From the NCBI GenBank assembly GCA_030830065.1, contig JAURNR010000054.1, positions 1,962-65,961 on the forward strand: a DNA stretch of 64,000 nt. The letters are read 5' to 3'. The notes under the pieces were generated by a model. It made no database searches and had not been told where the DNA came from. It saw only the letters and a program-made list of their open reading frames with translations. This document shows, piece after piece, positions 27,571 through 36,507 of the stretch (its first letter is position 1; every line of letters starts with the position of its first letter). This stretch comes from Bacteroidota bacterium (GTDB lineage Bacteria; Bacteroidota; Bacteroidia; NS11-12g; UBA955). The translations under genes were made by a program, and so were the position numbers.

Positions 27571-29052
27571 ATGAGATTGGATACACTACGAGTTAAATTA
27601 AACTCATTTTCAAAAAAAGTCATGATAATGGCTTTAACAGTAATAACACCGGTAATTGCACTTGCCGCTGATGTAATAGAACCACCTAAAGAGCAAAGTA
27701 TTGCAAATTGGGATTGGGTAGCAATATTAACTTGGTTGCTAGTTCTATTGGTTATATTGGTTATTGCACGTGCATTCGATATTGGTGCGTTAACAGAAAA
27801 AATTACCGGAAAGAAAGTTATTAGTTGGAATAATATCAACGCTTGGGTTGCGATTATTTTTCTCATTGCTGGCCTTGCCGGTGTGTGGTATGAATTAGTT
27901 TACCATGGAAAATATTTAATGTTGGGTAATGCGGCATCTGCCCATGGAGGGACTTATGATTCAATGTTTTATTGGACTTTTGGTTTCACCTTTTTTGTAT
28001 TTGTAGTTACTGAGGTATTGCTGTTCTATTTCATGTTTAAATATCGCTACAATGAAAATAGAAAAGCCCACTATTACTTTCACAATAATAAGCTAGAAAT
28101 TATTTGGACAATTGTTCCTTCTATTGTATTAACCTTTTTGGTGTTACGTGGATTTACAACATGGTCAACAATTACTGGTGAGTTAGATAAAGAATCAGAG
28201 GAGATTGAAGTTTTTGCGTATCAATTTGGTTGGAAAGCGAGATATGCTGGTGATGACCAGGTTCTTGGCTATCACAACGTTAATTTTATTTCTGGTACTA
28301 ATCCTTTAGGAATTGCAGAAACCAATGCAGTTAACGAATTAGTTGCTGAGTTGGAGGGTGAAATTGATAAACTTGAAGGGTTACAAGAATCTGAAGGAGA
28401 CTCAATAAAAGCTTGGAGCACTAGATGGGATAGAATGAAATCTACAGGATTATTCCGCACATACCCTGAAGACTTCAAAACTCTTGATGAAAAGGTGCAC
28501 GATGGAATGAGTGGCGCTTATGGTCGTCAGTTAGAAAAAGATATCAAAAGAAAGAAAACAGCATTAAGAAGAATCGCAGAGTATCAAAAAGATAAGGATT
28601 TCTTTAATGGTACCGCCAACGATGATAAAGTTACTACTGAAATTGTTTTGGTGAAGAACAAGCCGTACGTATTCAAATTTAGAGCCAGAGATGTTATTCA
28701 TTCAGCATACATGCCTGACTTTAGGGTTCAAATGAACTGTGTACCGGGTATGCCAACACAATTTGCATTTACTCCAACAATGACAACAGCGGAGGCTAGA
28801 GAGGTAAAAGAAAATAATGAATATGATTACTATTTGTTCTGTAATAAAATTTGTGGGGCAGCACATTACAATATGAAAATTAAAGTTACTGTGGTAGAAT
28901 CAGAGGCAGAATACAATACTTGGTATGCATCTCAAGCTCCATTTGTAGCGCCAACAACTGCAGAAACTTCTGAACCAGCAGTGGAAGAAGTTGCACCAGC
29001 AGCAGATTCAACACAGGTAGTAATAGATAATCAAGTAGCATTTAATAAATAA
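27571..29052 (+). CDS. coxB: Cytochrome c oxidase subunit II (CuA subunit, no fused cytochrome c domain)
   Basis: TM helices plus the cupredoxin domain with CuA ligands DVIHSAYMP...CNKICGAAHYNM. A long charged insertion sits in the periplasmic domain. ATG 27571 preferred over the track TTG 27556. Confidence 0.85.
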   Translation: MRLDTLRVKLNSFSKKVMIMALTVITPVIALAADVIEPPKEQSIANWDWVAILTWLLVLLVILVIARAFDIGALTEKITGKKVISWNNINAWVAIIFLIAGLAGVWYELVYHGKYLMLGNAASAHGGTYDSMFYWTFGFTFFVFVVTEVLLFYFMFKYRYNENRKAHYYFHNNKLEIIWTIVPSIVLTFLVLRGFTTWSTITGELDKESEEIEVFAYQFGWKARYAGDDQVLGYHNVNFISGTNPLGIAETNAVNELVAELEGEIDKLEGLQESEGDSIKAWSTRWDRMKSTGLFRTYPEDFKTLDEKVHDGMSGAYGRQLEKDIKRKKTALRRIAEYQKDKDFFNGTANDDKVTTEIVLVKNKPYVFKFRARDVIHSAYMPDFRVQMNCVPGMPTQFAFTPTMTTAEAREVKENNEYDYYLFCNKICGAAHYNMKIKVTVVESEAEYNTWYASQAPFVAPTTAETSEPAVEEVAPAADSTQVVIDNQVAFNK

Positions 29053-29063
29053 GAAATAATAAT

Positions 29064-30944
29064 ATGAGTACAGCAGCTTTACACGCAGACGAGCACCACG
29101 CTGACCATCATCACAAAGAGAGCTTCATCAGTAAGTATGTGTTCTCAATGGACCATAAGATGATCTCAAAACAGTTCCTGATTACAGGAATTATTATGGG
29201 AACGGTTGGTTTGATTATGTCATTGTTGTTTCGTCTTCAATTAGCATGGCCAGATGAGCAGTTTTCTTTTATGGAAACTCTTTTGGGTAAATGGGCAGTA
29301 GATGGGAAGTTAGATCCAAACTTTTATATGGGCTTGGTTACTATTCACGGTACAATCATGGTATTCTATGTACTTACTGCTGGTTTAAGTGGAACGTTTA
29401 GTAATTTACTAATTCCATTACAGGTCGGTGCTAGGGATATGGCCTCGCCATTTATGAATATGCTTTCTTACTGGTTCTTCTTCTTGAGTTCGGTAACGTT
29501 ATTATCAAGTGTATTTATTGAGACGGGCCCTGCATCTGGTGGATGGACAGTTTATCCTCCTTTAAGTGCATTAGAAAAAGCAATGCCTGGTTCAGGTTTA
29601 GGAATGACCCTTTGGCTGTCAGCTATTGCATTATTCATTATATCTTCACTTTTAGGTGGTATTAACTATATCTCTACTGTATTGAATATGCGTACTAAGG
29701 GTATGAGCATGAACCGAATGCCGCTAACAATTTGGGCATTCTTTTTCACTGCTATCCTTGGTCTTTTGTCATTCCCAGTATTATTGGGTGCGGCTTTATT
29801 CTTGATATTTGACCGTTCTTTTGGAACTAGTTTTTATTTGAGCGATATTTATCTTGAGGGGGTAGGAGCGTTAGAAAATATCGGTGGTAGTCCAGTACTT
29901 TACCAACACTTATTCTGGTTTTTAGGCCACCCTGAGGTATATATTATTTTAATGCCGGCATTAGGTATTACATCTGAAGTAATTTCTTGTAATGCTCGTA
30001 AGCCAATTTTTGGATATACGGCAATGGTAATTTCTTTGATGGGTATTTCTTTCCTTTCATTTATTGTTTGGGGTCACCACATGTTTATCACAGGTATGAA
30101 TCCTTTCTTGGGATCTGTATTCATGATATTAACCCTTATTATTGCGGTTCCCTCGGCGGTAAAAGCATTTAACTACTTAACGACTCTTTGGAAAGGTAAT
30201 TTGAGATTTACACCGGCAATGCTGTTCTCAATAGGTCTTGTTTCATTCTTTATTTCAGGAGGTTTAACAGGTATCTATTTGGGTAATGCTGCCTTAGATA
30301 TCCAATTACATGATTCATACTTTGTTGTGGCTCACTTCCACTTGGTAATGGGTTCTGCAGCTATCTTCGGAATGTTTGCAGGTATTTACCATTGGTTCCC
30401 TAAGATGTACGGACGTATGTTGAATAACACATTAGGTTATTTCCACTTCTGGTTGACCTTCATTTCAGCATATTTAGTATTCTTCCCAATGCACTTTATG
30501 GGATTAGCAGGTGTGCCTCGTCGTTACTATCAGTTTACCTTGGTAAAAGAATTTGACGTATGGATGGATGTAAATGTATTGATGACCGTTGGAGCATTAA
30601 TCGGAGGATTTGCTCAGTTATTCTTCCTTTACAACTTCTTCTACTCAATCTTCCGCGGTAAAAAAGCAACTCAAAATCCTTGGAATTCAAACTCATTAGA
30701 ATGGAGTGCTCCAGTTGAAAGAATCCATGGTAACTGGCCTGGTGAAATACCAACAGTATATAGAGGTCCATATGAATATTCTCGTCCTGATAGAGAATTA
30801 GATTATTTCCCTCAATACGAGCCTGATGAGTCTGCTCCAGAGGTGCTTGAAACCAAAAAGACTAAAACTTCTCCTGCAGAAAAAGAAGAAGTTGAATCAA
30901 GCGTATTCTTTGCCGCTATCAAGAAAGTATTCGGCTTGAGCTAA
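29064..30944 (+). CDS. ctaD: Cytochrome c oxidase subunit I (haem-copper oxidase, A-family-like)
   Basis: Motifs LFWFLGHPEVYIIL and WGHHMF plus the His ligands in HFHLVMG, with 12+ TM helices. The N-terminus is His-rich. Confidence 0.95.
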   Translation: MSTAALHADEHHADHHHKESFISKYVFSMDHKMISKQFLITGIIMGTVGLIMSLLFRLQLAWPDEQFSFMETLLGKWAVDGKLDPNFYMGLVTIHGTIMVFYVLTAGLSGTFSNLLIPLQVGARDMASPFMNMLSYWFFFLSSVTLLSSVFIETGPASGGWTVYPPLSALEKAMPGSGLGMTLWLSAIALFIISSLLGGINYISTVLNMRTKGMSMNRMPLTIWAFFFTAILGLLSFPVLLGAALFLIFDRSFGTSFYLSDIYLEGVGALENIGGSPVLYQHLFWFLGHPEVYIILMPALGITSEVISCNARKPIFGYTAMVISLMGISFLSFIVWGHHMFITGMNPFLGSVFMILTLIIAVPSAVKAFNYLTTLWKGNLRFTPAMLFSIGLVSFFISGGLTGIYLGNAALDIQLHDSYFVVAHFHLVMGSAAIFGMFAGIYHWFPKMYGRMLNNTLGYFHFWLTFISAYLVFFPMHFMGLAGVPRRYYQFTLVKEFDVWMDVNVLMTVGALIGGFAQLFFLYNFFYSIFRGKKATQNPWNSNSLEWSAPVERIHGNWPGEIPTVYRGPYEYSRPDRELDYFPQYEPDESAPEVLETKKTKTSPAEKEEVESSVFFAAIKKVFGLS

Positions 30945-30945
30945 T

Positions 30946-31995
30946 ATGTCATCAAACGACACAAGTCGATTCCTTAATATATACAGACGAATAGGTTTAC
31001 TTACCTGTTCGTCTGTTTTTTTATTGTTCCTTTTTGGAGGATGGGTTAGAGCAACAGGCAGTGGTATGGGATGCCCTGATTGGCCAAAATGTTTTGGCCA
31101 ACTTGCTCCTCCAACCGACGCAAAAGATTTACCAGCTGACTACAAAGAAATATTTCTTAAAAAGCGTTTAAAGAAGCTTGAAAGATTTACTAACACATTA
31201 GATAAATTTGGATTGCATGAACGCGCTGAGATGATACGTCAAGATCCAAAAATGCTTGAACCTGAAGAGTTTCACCCTGTAAAAGCATGGATTGAATATA
31301 TTAATCGACTTTTTGGAGTGTTGAGTGGCTTATTTGCAGTTATATTGGGCGCCTTAATTTTTTACCGAGTTACAAACCCAGTATTTAAATATGCTCGCTG
31401 GTGGTATTTAATGGGTTTTGCATTATTAATTGCTAACGCTTGGCTTGGTAGCTTAGTAGTTGCGACTAATCTACTTCCTGGAATGGTGTCGTTGCATTTT
31501 TTATTATCGTTCTTATGCTTGTTCGCATTTATTCGAGTGGTACAAGAGGTTAGGCCTATTATTAAACATCATAACATCTCAGAAAAACAGAATTGGAGAG
31601 TATTATGGATTTTAATTTTTGTACTTGTGATTATGGGGACTTGGTCGAGAGAACAAGTCGATTTATTGCGTTCAATTGGTAGCTTAATCAATGCTGAAGG
31701 AATATTAAATTTTCAATCTATGGATTGGATTTTTGCTGTTCATCGCTATGCCTCAATTATAGTTGTCATTACTGGAATTTACATGGGATGGAATAAACGG
31801 AATATTTCATTTGGTAAAAATCTAGCATTTATAATCGCATCAATTGCATTCCTACAAATAGTGTTTGGTGCATTTCATATGATTTTTATTGTTCCTGCTT
31901 GGGTTCAAGTATTACATGTTGTTTTTGGAAGTGCTTTGTTAACACTTTCATATCTTGGATTGTTATCTTATAAAAAGAATGAAATCTCGAATTAA
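30946..31995 (+). CDS. ctaA: Haem A synthase (COX15/CtaA family)
   Basis: GSGMGCPDWPKC motif, 8 TM helices and conserved His in the TM helices. Confidence 0.8.
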   Translation: MSSNDTSRFLNIYRRIGLLTCSSVFLLFLFGGWVRATGSGMGCPDWPKCFGQLAPPTDAKDLPADYKEIFLKKRLKKLERFTNTLDKFGLHERAEMIRQDPKMLEPEEFHPVKAWIEYINRLFGVLSGLFAVILGALIFYRVTNPVFKYARWWYLMGFALLIANAWLGSLVVATNLLPGMVSLHFLLSFLCLFAFIRVVQEVRPIIKHHNISEKQNWRVLWILIFVLVIMGTWSREQVDLLRSIGSLINAEGILNFQSMDWIFAVHRYASIIVVITGIYMGWNKRNISFGKNLAFIIASIAFLQIVFGAFHMIFIVPAWVQVLHVVFGSALLTLSYLGLLSYKKNEISN

Positions 31996-32857
31996 GAGTT
32001 ACGCGGAGTTAGTCAAGTTTAGGCTTACCAGCACAGTAGTTGCTACAAGTAGTTTTGGTTACATTATTGCATTGCAATTTACTAAAGGTGAGAATTGGAA
32101 AGATTTTTTCGATTGGTTATTATTTGCAGGTGTTTTGCTGGGAGGAATGTTTATCGTTTTTGCAGCTAATGGAATGAATCAAATCATTGAAAAGGAAAAT
32201 GATAGTAAAATGGAACGTACCTCAAATAGACCTATTGTTGAGGAGCGCATTTCTATTTCAGATGCACGAATTTTTTGTTGGATTACTGGATTACTGGGAA
32301 TTGCGATACTTATAGTAACGGGGGCTACCTTCCTTTCGGTTTTATTGGGTGGATTAAGTTTTGTTCTTTATGTGTTTGTATACACACCCATGAAACAAGT
32401 AAGTCCAGTAGCGGTTATGATTGGTGCTATTCCGGGTGCATTACCACCATTGATTGGTTATTCTGCTGTCGTTCCAAGGTTAGACGAAATCGGATTAATT
32501 CTATTCTTAGTTCAGTTTTTTTGGCAATTTCCTCACTTTTGGGCAATTGCTTGGCTATTGCATGACGACTATCAAAAAGCTGGTTATTGGCTATTACCTA
32601 CACGTGGAGGAAGAGACAAGCGAAGTGCTTATCAAATATTAATTTATACAGTTATTTTGAATCTAGTTAGCTTGATGCCTTTGTATTATGGGGTGTCGAA
32701 TATTGCGGCAGTATCCGTAATAATTCCTTTAGCACTATTCTTTTTCTATAAATCTTATCGATTATTTGTGACTTTAGACACAACAGAAGCAAGAAAACTA
32801 CTTTACGCTTCCTTTTTGTATACCCCTGTTGTATTTTTGTCCTACATTTTGTTTTAA
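31979..32857 (+). CDS. cyoE: Protohaem IX farnesyltransferase (haem O synthase)
   Basis: UbiA-family motif NGMNQIIEKENDSKMERTSNRP. ATG 31979 overlaps ctaA by 17 nt. Confidence 0.9.
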   Translation: MKSRIKSYAELVKFRLTSTVVATSSFGYIIALQFTKGENWKDFFDWLLFAGVLLGGMFIVFAANGMNQIIEKENDSKMERTSNRPIVEERISISDARIFCWITGLLGIAILIVTGATFLSVLLGGLSFVLYVFVYTPMKQVSPVAVMIGAIPGALPPLIGYSAVVPRLDEIGLILFLVQFFWQFPHFWAIAWLLHDDYQKAGYWLLPTRGGRDKRSAYQILIYTVILNLVSLMPLYYGVSNIAAVSVIIPLALFFFYKSYRLFVTLDTTEARKLLYASFLYTPVVFLSYILF

Positions 32858-32868
32858 ACTCTATTTTT

Positions 32869-33462
32869 ATGAAATCAGTGAAAGTAAAAGAACCTAAATA
32901 TCCTGTTTCACCAAGTAAACTTAACCTTTGGTTATTTATGCTCGCAAGCAGTATGTTGTTCGCTGCTGTGGTATCAGCATTTATCGTTCATCGGCCTGAT
33001 GCTGAGGGTCGTTCCGCTTGGACTGCTTTTGATTTACCTATCTATTTTTTGTACTCAACATTAATAGTTATTGCAAGTTCCGTAACTGTGTACTTGGCAT
33101 ATAGAGCTGCAAAAAATGATGAACTGAACCAAAATAAAAACTTCGTTCTAATAACTGCTATACTCGGGATAATGTTTTGTGTGTCTCAGTACATGGGATG
33201 GAGTAGGATGGTAGACTTAAATTTAACATTTGTAAATGCACGCCCTGAAGATATTTCGGCTTCCTATGTCTGGGTAATTACAGTATTACATTTTGTACAT
33301 ATTGTCGGTGGAATAATATTGCTTTTAGCGGCGTGGATACAGTCAATACGATTGAATATTCACAAAAAGAAGATGGTTTTGATGTCAGTTACACATACTT
33401 ATTGGCATTTTGTCGGTGTTTTGTGGTTTTTCTTGTATTTATTTCTTTATTTCGCACAGTAA
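32869..33462 (+). CDS. Cytochrome c oxidase subunit III family protein (short form)
   Basis: Five TM helices and the C-terminal YWHFVGVLWFFLY motif. Confidence 0.75.
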   Translation: MKSVKVKEPKYPVSPSKLNLWLFMLASSMLFAAVVSAFIVHRPDAEGRSAWTAFDLPIYFLYSTLIVIASSVTVYLAYRAAKNDELNQNKNFVLITAILGIMFCVSQYMGWSRMVDLNLTFVNARPEDISASYVWVITVLHFVHIVGGIILLLAAWIQSIRLNIHKKKMVLMSVTHTYWHFVGVLWFFLYLFLYFAQ

Positions 33463-33475
33463 CTAATTTACCCAA

Positions 33476-34240
33476 ATGGCAAATCAAGCAGAAGCTACTT
33501 TTGAGAAACAACCTATGTGGTCTGGAGGGCGTTCTCCCTTCAATGTGAGCTACGGAAAATTAATGATGTGGATCTTCTTATTATCAGATGCATTCACCTT
33601 CTCAAGTTTATTGGTACAGTACGGGGCTCAACGCTTCAGTAATATCGAAACCGCAGTAACCACTCAGTGGCCGGATCCAGCTTCGATTTTTAATCATTTT
33701 CCTTTCATGCACGGCCTGCATTTACCACTTTTGTTCGTAAGTGTTATGACCTTTATTTTGATTGTGAGTTCTGTAACGATGGTATTAGCTGTTGAAGCGG
33801 GACACAGAAACAGCAAAAAAGAGGTTCAGAAATATATGATTTATACAATTTTAGGAGGTATTGCCTTTTTAAGTTGTCAAGCATGGGAATGGGCAACATT
33901 CATCCACGAAGGTGCTCGTTTAGATAGTAACTTCTTTGGTATTACCGAACAAGGTTATAAACACTTGGAAAGTGTGAGCTTCGGAGACCACTTCGAGTGG
34001 CAGGATGGTGATCGTACATGGGGTCCTGTACCCTTCGCAGCATTATTTTTTATTGTAACAGGATTTCATGGATTTCACGTATTTTCGGGAGTTGTAATTA
34101 ATGTTGTTGTGTATATAATGACGGTTCGAGGTGTATTCGAGCGTCGTGGACATTATGAAATGATTGAGAAGGCTGGTCTATACTGGCACTTTGTAGATCT
34201 AGTATGGGTGTTTGTATTTACCTTCTTCTACTTAATCTAA
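33476..34240 (+). CDS. Cytochrome c oxidase subunit III
   Basis: TGFHGFHVFSGV and LYWHFVDLVWVFVF motifs. Confidence 0.85.
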   Translation: MANQAEATFEKQPMWSGGRSPFNVSYGKLMMWIFLLSDAFTFSSLLVQYGAQRFSNIETAVTTQWPDPASIFNHFPFMHGLHLPLLFVSVMTFILIVSSVTMVLAVEAGHRNSKKEVQKYMIYTILGGIAFLSCQAWEWATFIHEGARLDSNFFGITEQGYKHLESVSFGDHFEWQDGDRTWGPVPFAALFFIVTGFHGFHVFSGVVINVVVYIMTVRGVFERRGHYEMIEKAGLYWHFVDLVWVFVFTFFYLI

Positions 34241-34254
34241 TAAACAAAAGAGTT

Positions 34255-34593
34255 ATGGAATTTTATACTAAACCAGGAGATTACGATCCAATCAATTACG
34301 TTCCGCATCAAGCGAGCCACGGTACTAAAGAGTTATGGAAGACTTTTTGGTTATTGTTAGGGATTACTATTTTAGATTTCATTATCTATTTCGTTATGCC
34401 AGCATCTGGACTGAGGAATGTAATATTTATTTTCTTTGGAATAGTTAAGGCTTACTACATAGTTGGTGCGTTTATGCACTTAAAACATGAAAAGATTAAC
34501 CTTGCATTAATAATCCTTGTGCCAACCGTTTTTATTGTCGGATTGGTGATGGGTTTACTTTACGAAGGGAATGCTATAAGTTTAATGAAGTAA
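34255..34593 (+). CDS. Cytochrome c oxidase subunit IV-family small membrane protein
   Basis: 112 aa with 3 TM helices, a position and size typical of bacterial subunit IV (AFMHLKHE motif). Start moved to ATG 34255. Confidence 0.55.
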   Translation: MEFYTKPGDYDPINYVPHQASHGTKELWKTFWLLLGITILDFIIYFVMPASGLRNVIFIFFGIVKAYYIVGAFMHLKHEKINLALIILVPTVFIVGLVMGLLYEGNAISLMK

Positions 34594-34594
34594 G

Positions 34595-35278
34595 ATGACA
34601 AAATCATCTCGAAATAGTTTTAGAGTGGCCGCATTAGCGGCCCTTATTATTTTACCAGCTCTTGCAGTATTCTTTTGGGCAAATGTTTCATGGGTTCATC
34701 AAGAATTACCGTATTACGGTGAGCGCCAATTAGATAAATCGGGCGATACAATTTATCATACTGTTAGTGACGATATTGTATTATACAATCAGCATGGTAA
34801 GAAAATAACATTACACGATTTCGATTCTAGTATTCTTCTGGTCAATATTTTCTTTTCTACTTGCCCACAAGTTTGTCCTGAAATGAACAAACAAATACAG
34901 GCTGTGGCTGAGGAATATTTAAATGAGCCAAATGTAGAATTTTTAACTGTCTCGATTGATCCAGAAACAGACTCCGTTGAAGTACTTGCAGAATATGCAA
35001 AATCATTTAAAGCGGATTTATATAAACGCACATTTGCAACAGGAAGTAAACAGGAAATTTACGACTGGGCTATAAATGACTTATTGTTGGCTACCGAGCA
35101 ACGCGGTAATGACTTTATACACGACGATAGAGTAGTAATTATCGATAAGGAAAGACATATTCGAGGTATTTTGCCAACTCGCGCAAAAACAAATCATGAG
35201 AAAATAGAGTTAATAAGAAGAATTAAGGACGATATTGAAAATTTAAAATATGAGTACCGAAAAAAAACAATGGATTAG
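34595..35278 (+). CDS. SCO1/SenC-family copper chaperone (thioredoxin fold)
   Basis: N-terminal TM anchor, the CPQVCP metal-binding motif and a downstream His. Confidence 0.85.
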   Translation: MTKSSRNSFRVAALAALIILPALAVFFWANVSWVHQELPYYGERQLDKSGDTIYHTVSDDIVLYNQHGKKITLHDFDSSILLVNIFFSTCPQVCPEMNKQIQAVAEEYLNEPNVEFLTVSIDPETDSVEVLAEYAKSFKADLYKRTFATGSKQEIYDWAINDLLLATEQRGNDFIHDDRVVIIDKERHIRGILPTRAKTNHEKIELIRRIKDDIENLKYEYRKKTMD

Positions 35279-35798
35279 CGATAAAGGTTTTTTCTATCTA
35301 GTATTGGGAATTACCGCTGTTATTCCTATTGCCGTTACAATTTTACAAATGCTACCTGAGAATTTGCGACCCGGAATTGCATTTGCTAAATCATTGCCAA
35401 AGTTAAATGCAATTATTAATTCTTTGGTTTCTATTGCTCTAATTTTAGGTTATTCAGCTATTCGTTACAAAAAAGATAAAAGTACTCATCAGAAATATAT
35501 GTTAACTGCATTTATTCTATCTGCGGTATTTCTGATAAGTTATGTTATTTATCATCTGTCGGCGCCACCTGTACCATACTGTAATGAAGGTTCAATTCGT
35601 TACTTGTATTTTTTCATTCTAATTACTCATATAGTATTGGCGGCAATTGTATTGCCAATGGTACTTTATACCATTTATTTTAGTACTTCTGGTCGATTTG
35701 ATAAACATAAAAAGTGGGCTCGTTGGACATTTCCAATTTGGTTATATGTATCAATCACTGGAGTTGTTGTATATTTGATGTTAGCACCGTGTATGTAA
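35250..35798 (+). CDS. DUF420 (CtaM-like) membrane protein
   Basis: 182 aa with 4 TM helices, and a size and context typical of DUF420. Overlaps the SCO gene by 29 nt. Confidence 0.65.
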   Translation: MSTEKKQWISDKGFFYLVLGITAVIPIAVTILQMLPENLRPGIAFAKSLPKLNAIINSLVSIALILGYSAIRYKKDKSTHQKYMLTAFILSAVFLISYVIYHLSAPPVPYCNEGSIRYLYFFILITHIVLAAIVLPMVLYTIYFSTSGRFDKHKKWARWTFPIWLYVSITGVVVYLMLAPCM

Positions 35799-35800
35799 TT

Positions 35801-36037
35801 ATGAAAAAGTTAATTTTAATATTTTTCCTAGTATTAAGTTCATTCTCAGCTTTATTGGCGCAATGTCCAATGTGTAAAACTGCACTTACCAACAGTAGAA
35901 AGAATGAAAAGCAGTACGATAGAACTGTAGGTGACGGAATTAATAAGGGAATATTATTTTTGATGTCTGTACCTTACGTATTAGTTGCAGGTGCTGGTTT
36001 TGCAGTATATAAATCGCAAAAGAAGAAAATGAAGTAA
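35801..36037 (+). CDS. 78-aa signal-peptide + CPMC motif + C-terminal TM anchor protein, unknown function
   Basis: MKKLILIFFLVLSSFSALLA/QCPMCK..., then a hydrophobic helix GILFLMSVPYVLVAGAGFAVY and a KSQKKKMK tail. The ATG lies 2 nt after the DUF420 stop, and the stop overlaps the next ATG (TAATG). Confidence 0.5.
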   Translation: MKKLILIFFLVLSSFSALLAQCPMCKTALTNSRKNEKQYDRTVGDGINKGILFLMSVPYVLVAGAGFAVYKSQKKKMK

Positions 36038-36432
36038 TGCCTAATAACAGCAGAGCGGGTTTCTTTCCTTTTTTATTATCAAGGTGCCCTCGTTGTGGAA
36101 AAGGTAAAGTCTTTAGAAACAAAATACTATCCTTCAAGAAGTTTTCAGATACATTAGATCATTGTCCAAAATGTAATTTAGAATATGAGCCGGAAACAGG
36201 TTTCTTTTTTGGGGCTATGTATTGGTCTTATGCTTTACTGGTAGGAGCTACAGTAACATTATCAGTTTTGCTGTATTATTTAAATTATTTTGATCAAGCG
36301 GTTTATATAATTCCAGCTTTGATTTTATTTTTATTACCATGGGTATTTCGTTATGGTAGATTATTAATGCTCTATGTAGTTTATCCAATTATGTACAAGG
36401 ATAAATTTTATGGCAATCGCCAAGAGGATTAA
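36037..36432 (+). CDS. DUF983-like zinc-ribbon membrane protein
   Basis: CPRCGKG...CPKC four-Cys ribbon followed by two TM helices. Confidence 0.6.
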   Translation: MPNNSRAGFFPFLLSRCPRCGKGKVFRNKILSFKKFSDTLDHCPKCNLEYEPETGFFFGAMYWSYALLVGATVTLSVLLYYLNYFDQAVYIIPALILFLLPWVFRYGRLLMLYVVYPIMYKDKFYGNRQED

Positions 36433-36454
36433 ATACATTTTAAAGTTTTAATAA

Positions 36455-36486
36455 CAAAAAAATCCCGGTTTTACCGGGATTTTTTA
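36455..36486. terminator. Bidirectional intrinsic terminator (A-run, ATCCCGGT-TTT-ACCGGGAT stem-loop, T-run)
   Basis: GC-rich stem 36463-36469 / 36473-36479 flanked by AAAAAAA and TTTTT. It sits between the convergent cox operon and recA. Confidence 0.75.
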
Positions 36487-36507
36487 TCAATCAATATTTA
36501 AACGAAG

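Noticed and set aside
27531-27866. 111-aa minus-strand ORF overlapping the 5' end of cytochrome oxidase subunit II
   Set aside because: It is antisense to a gene with clear CuA and TM features. It has no recognisable motifs and no promoter box, so I treat it as spurious.
28855-28896. Lys replacing the Glu of the CuA CxExC motif (CNKIC) as a sign of an unusual oxidase
   Set aside because: Other functional haem-copper oxidases also vary at this position, for example a Gln in ba3-type enzymes as I recall. The copper ligands themselves are all present.
32275-32565. 96-aa Cys-rich ORF in an alternative frame inside cyoE, and similar same-strand or opposite-strand ORFs (11803-12120, 44343-44654, 50068-50406, 22266-22529)
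   Set aside because: All are embedded in strongly supported genes and have compositionally biased translations with no independent start signals.
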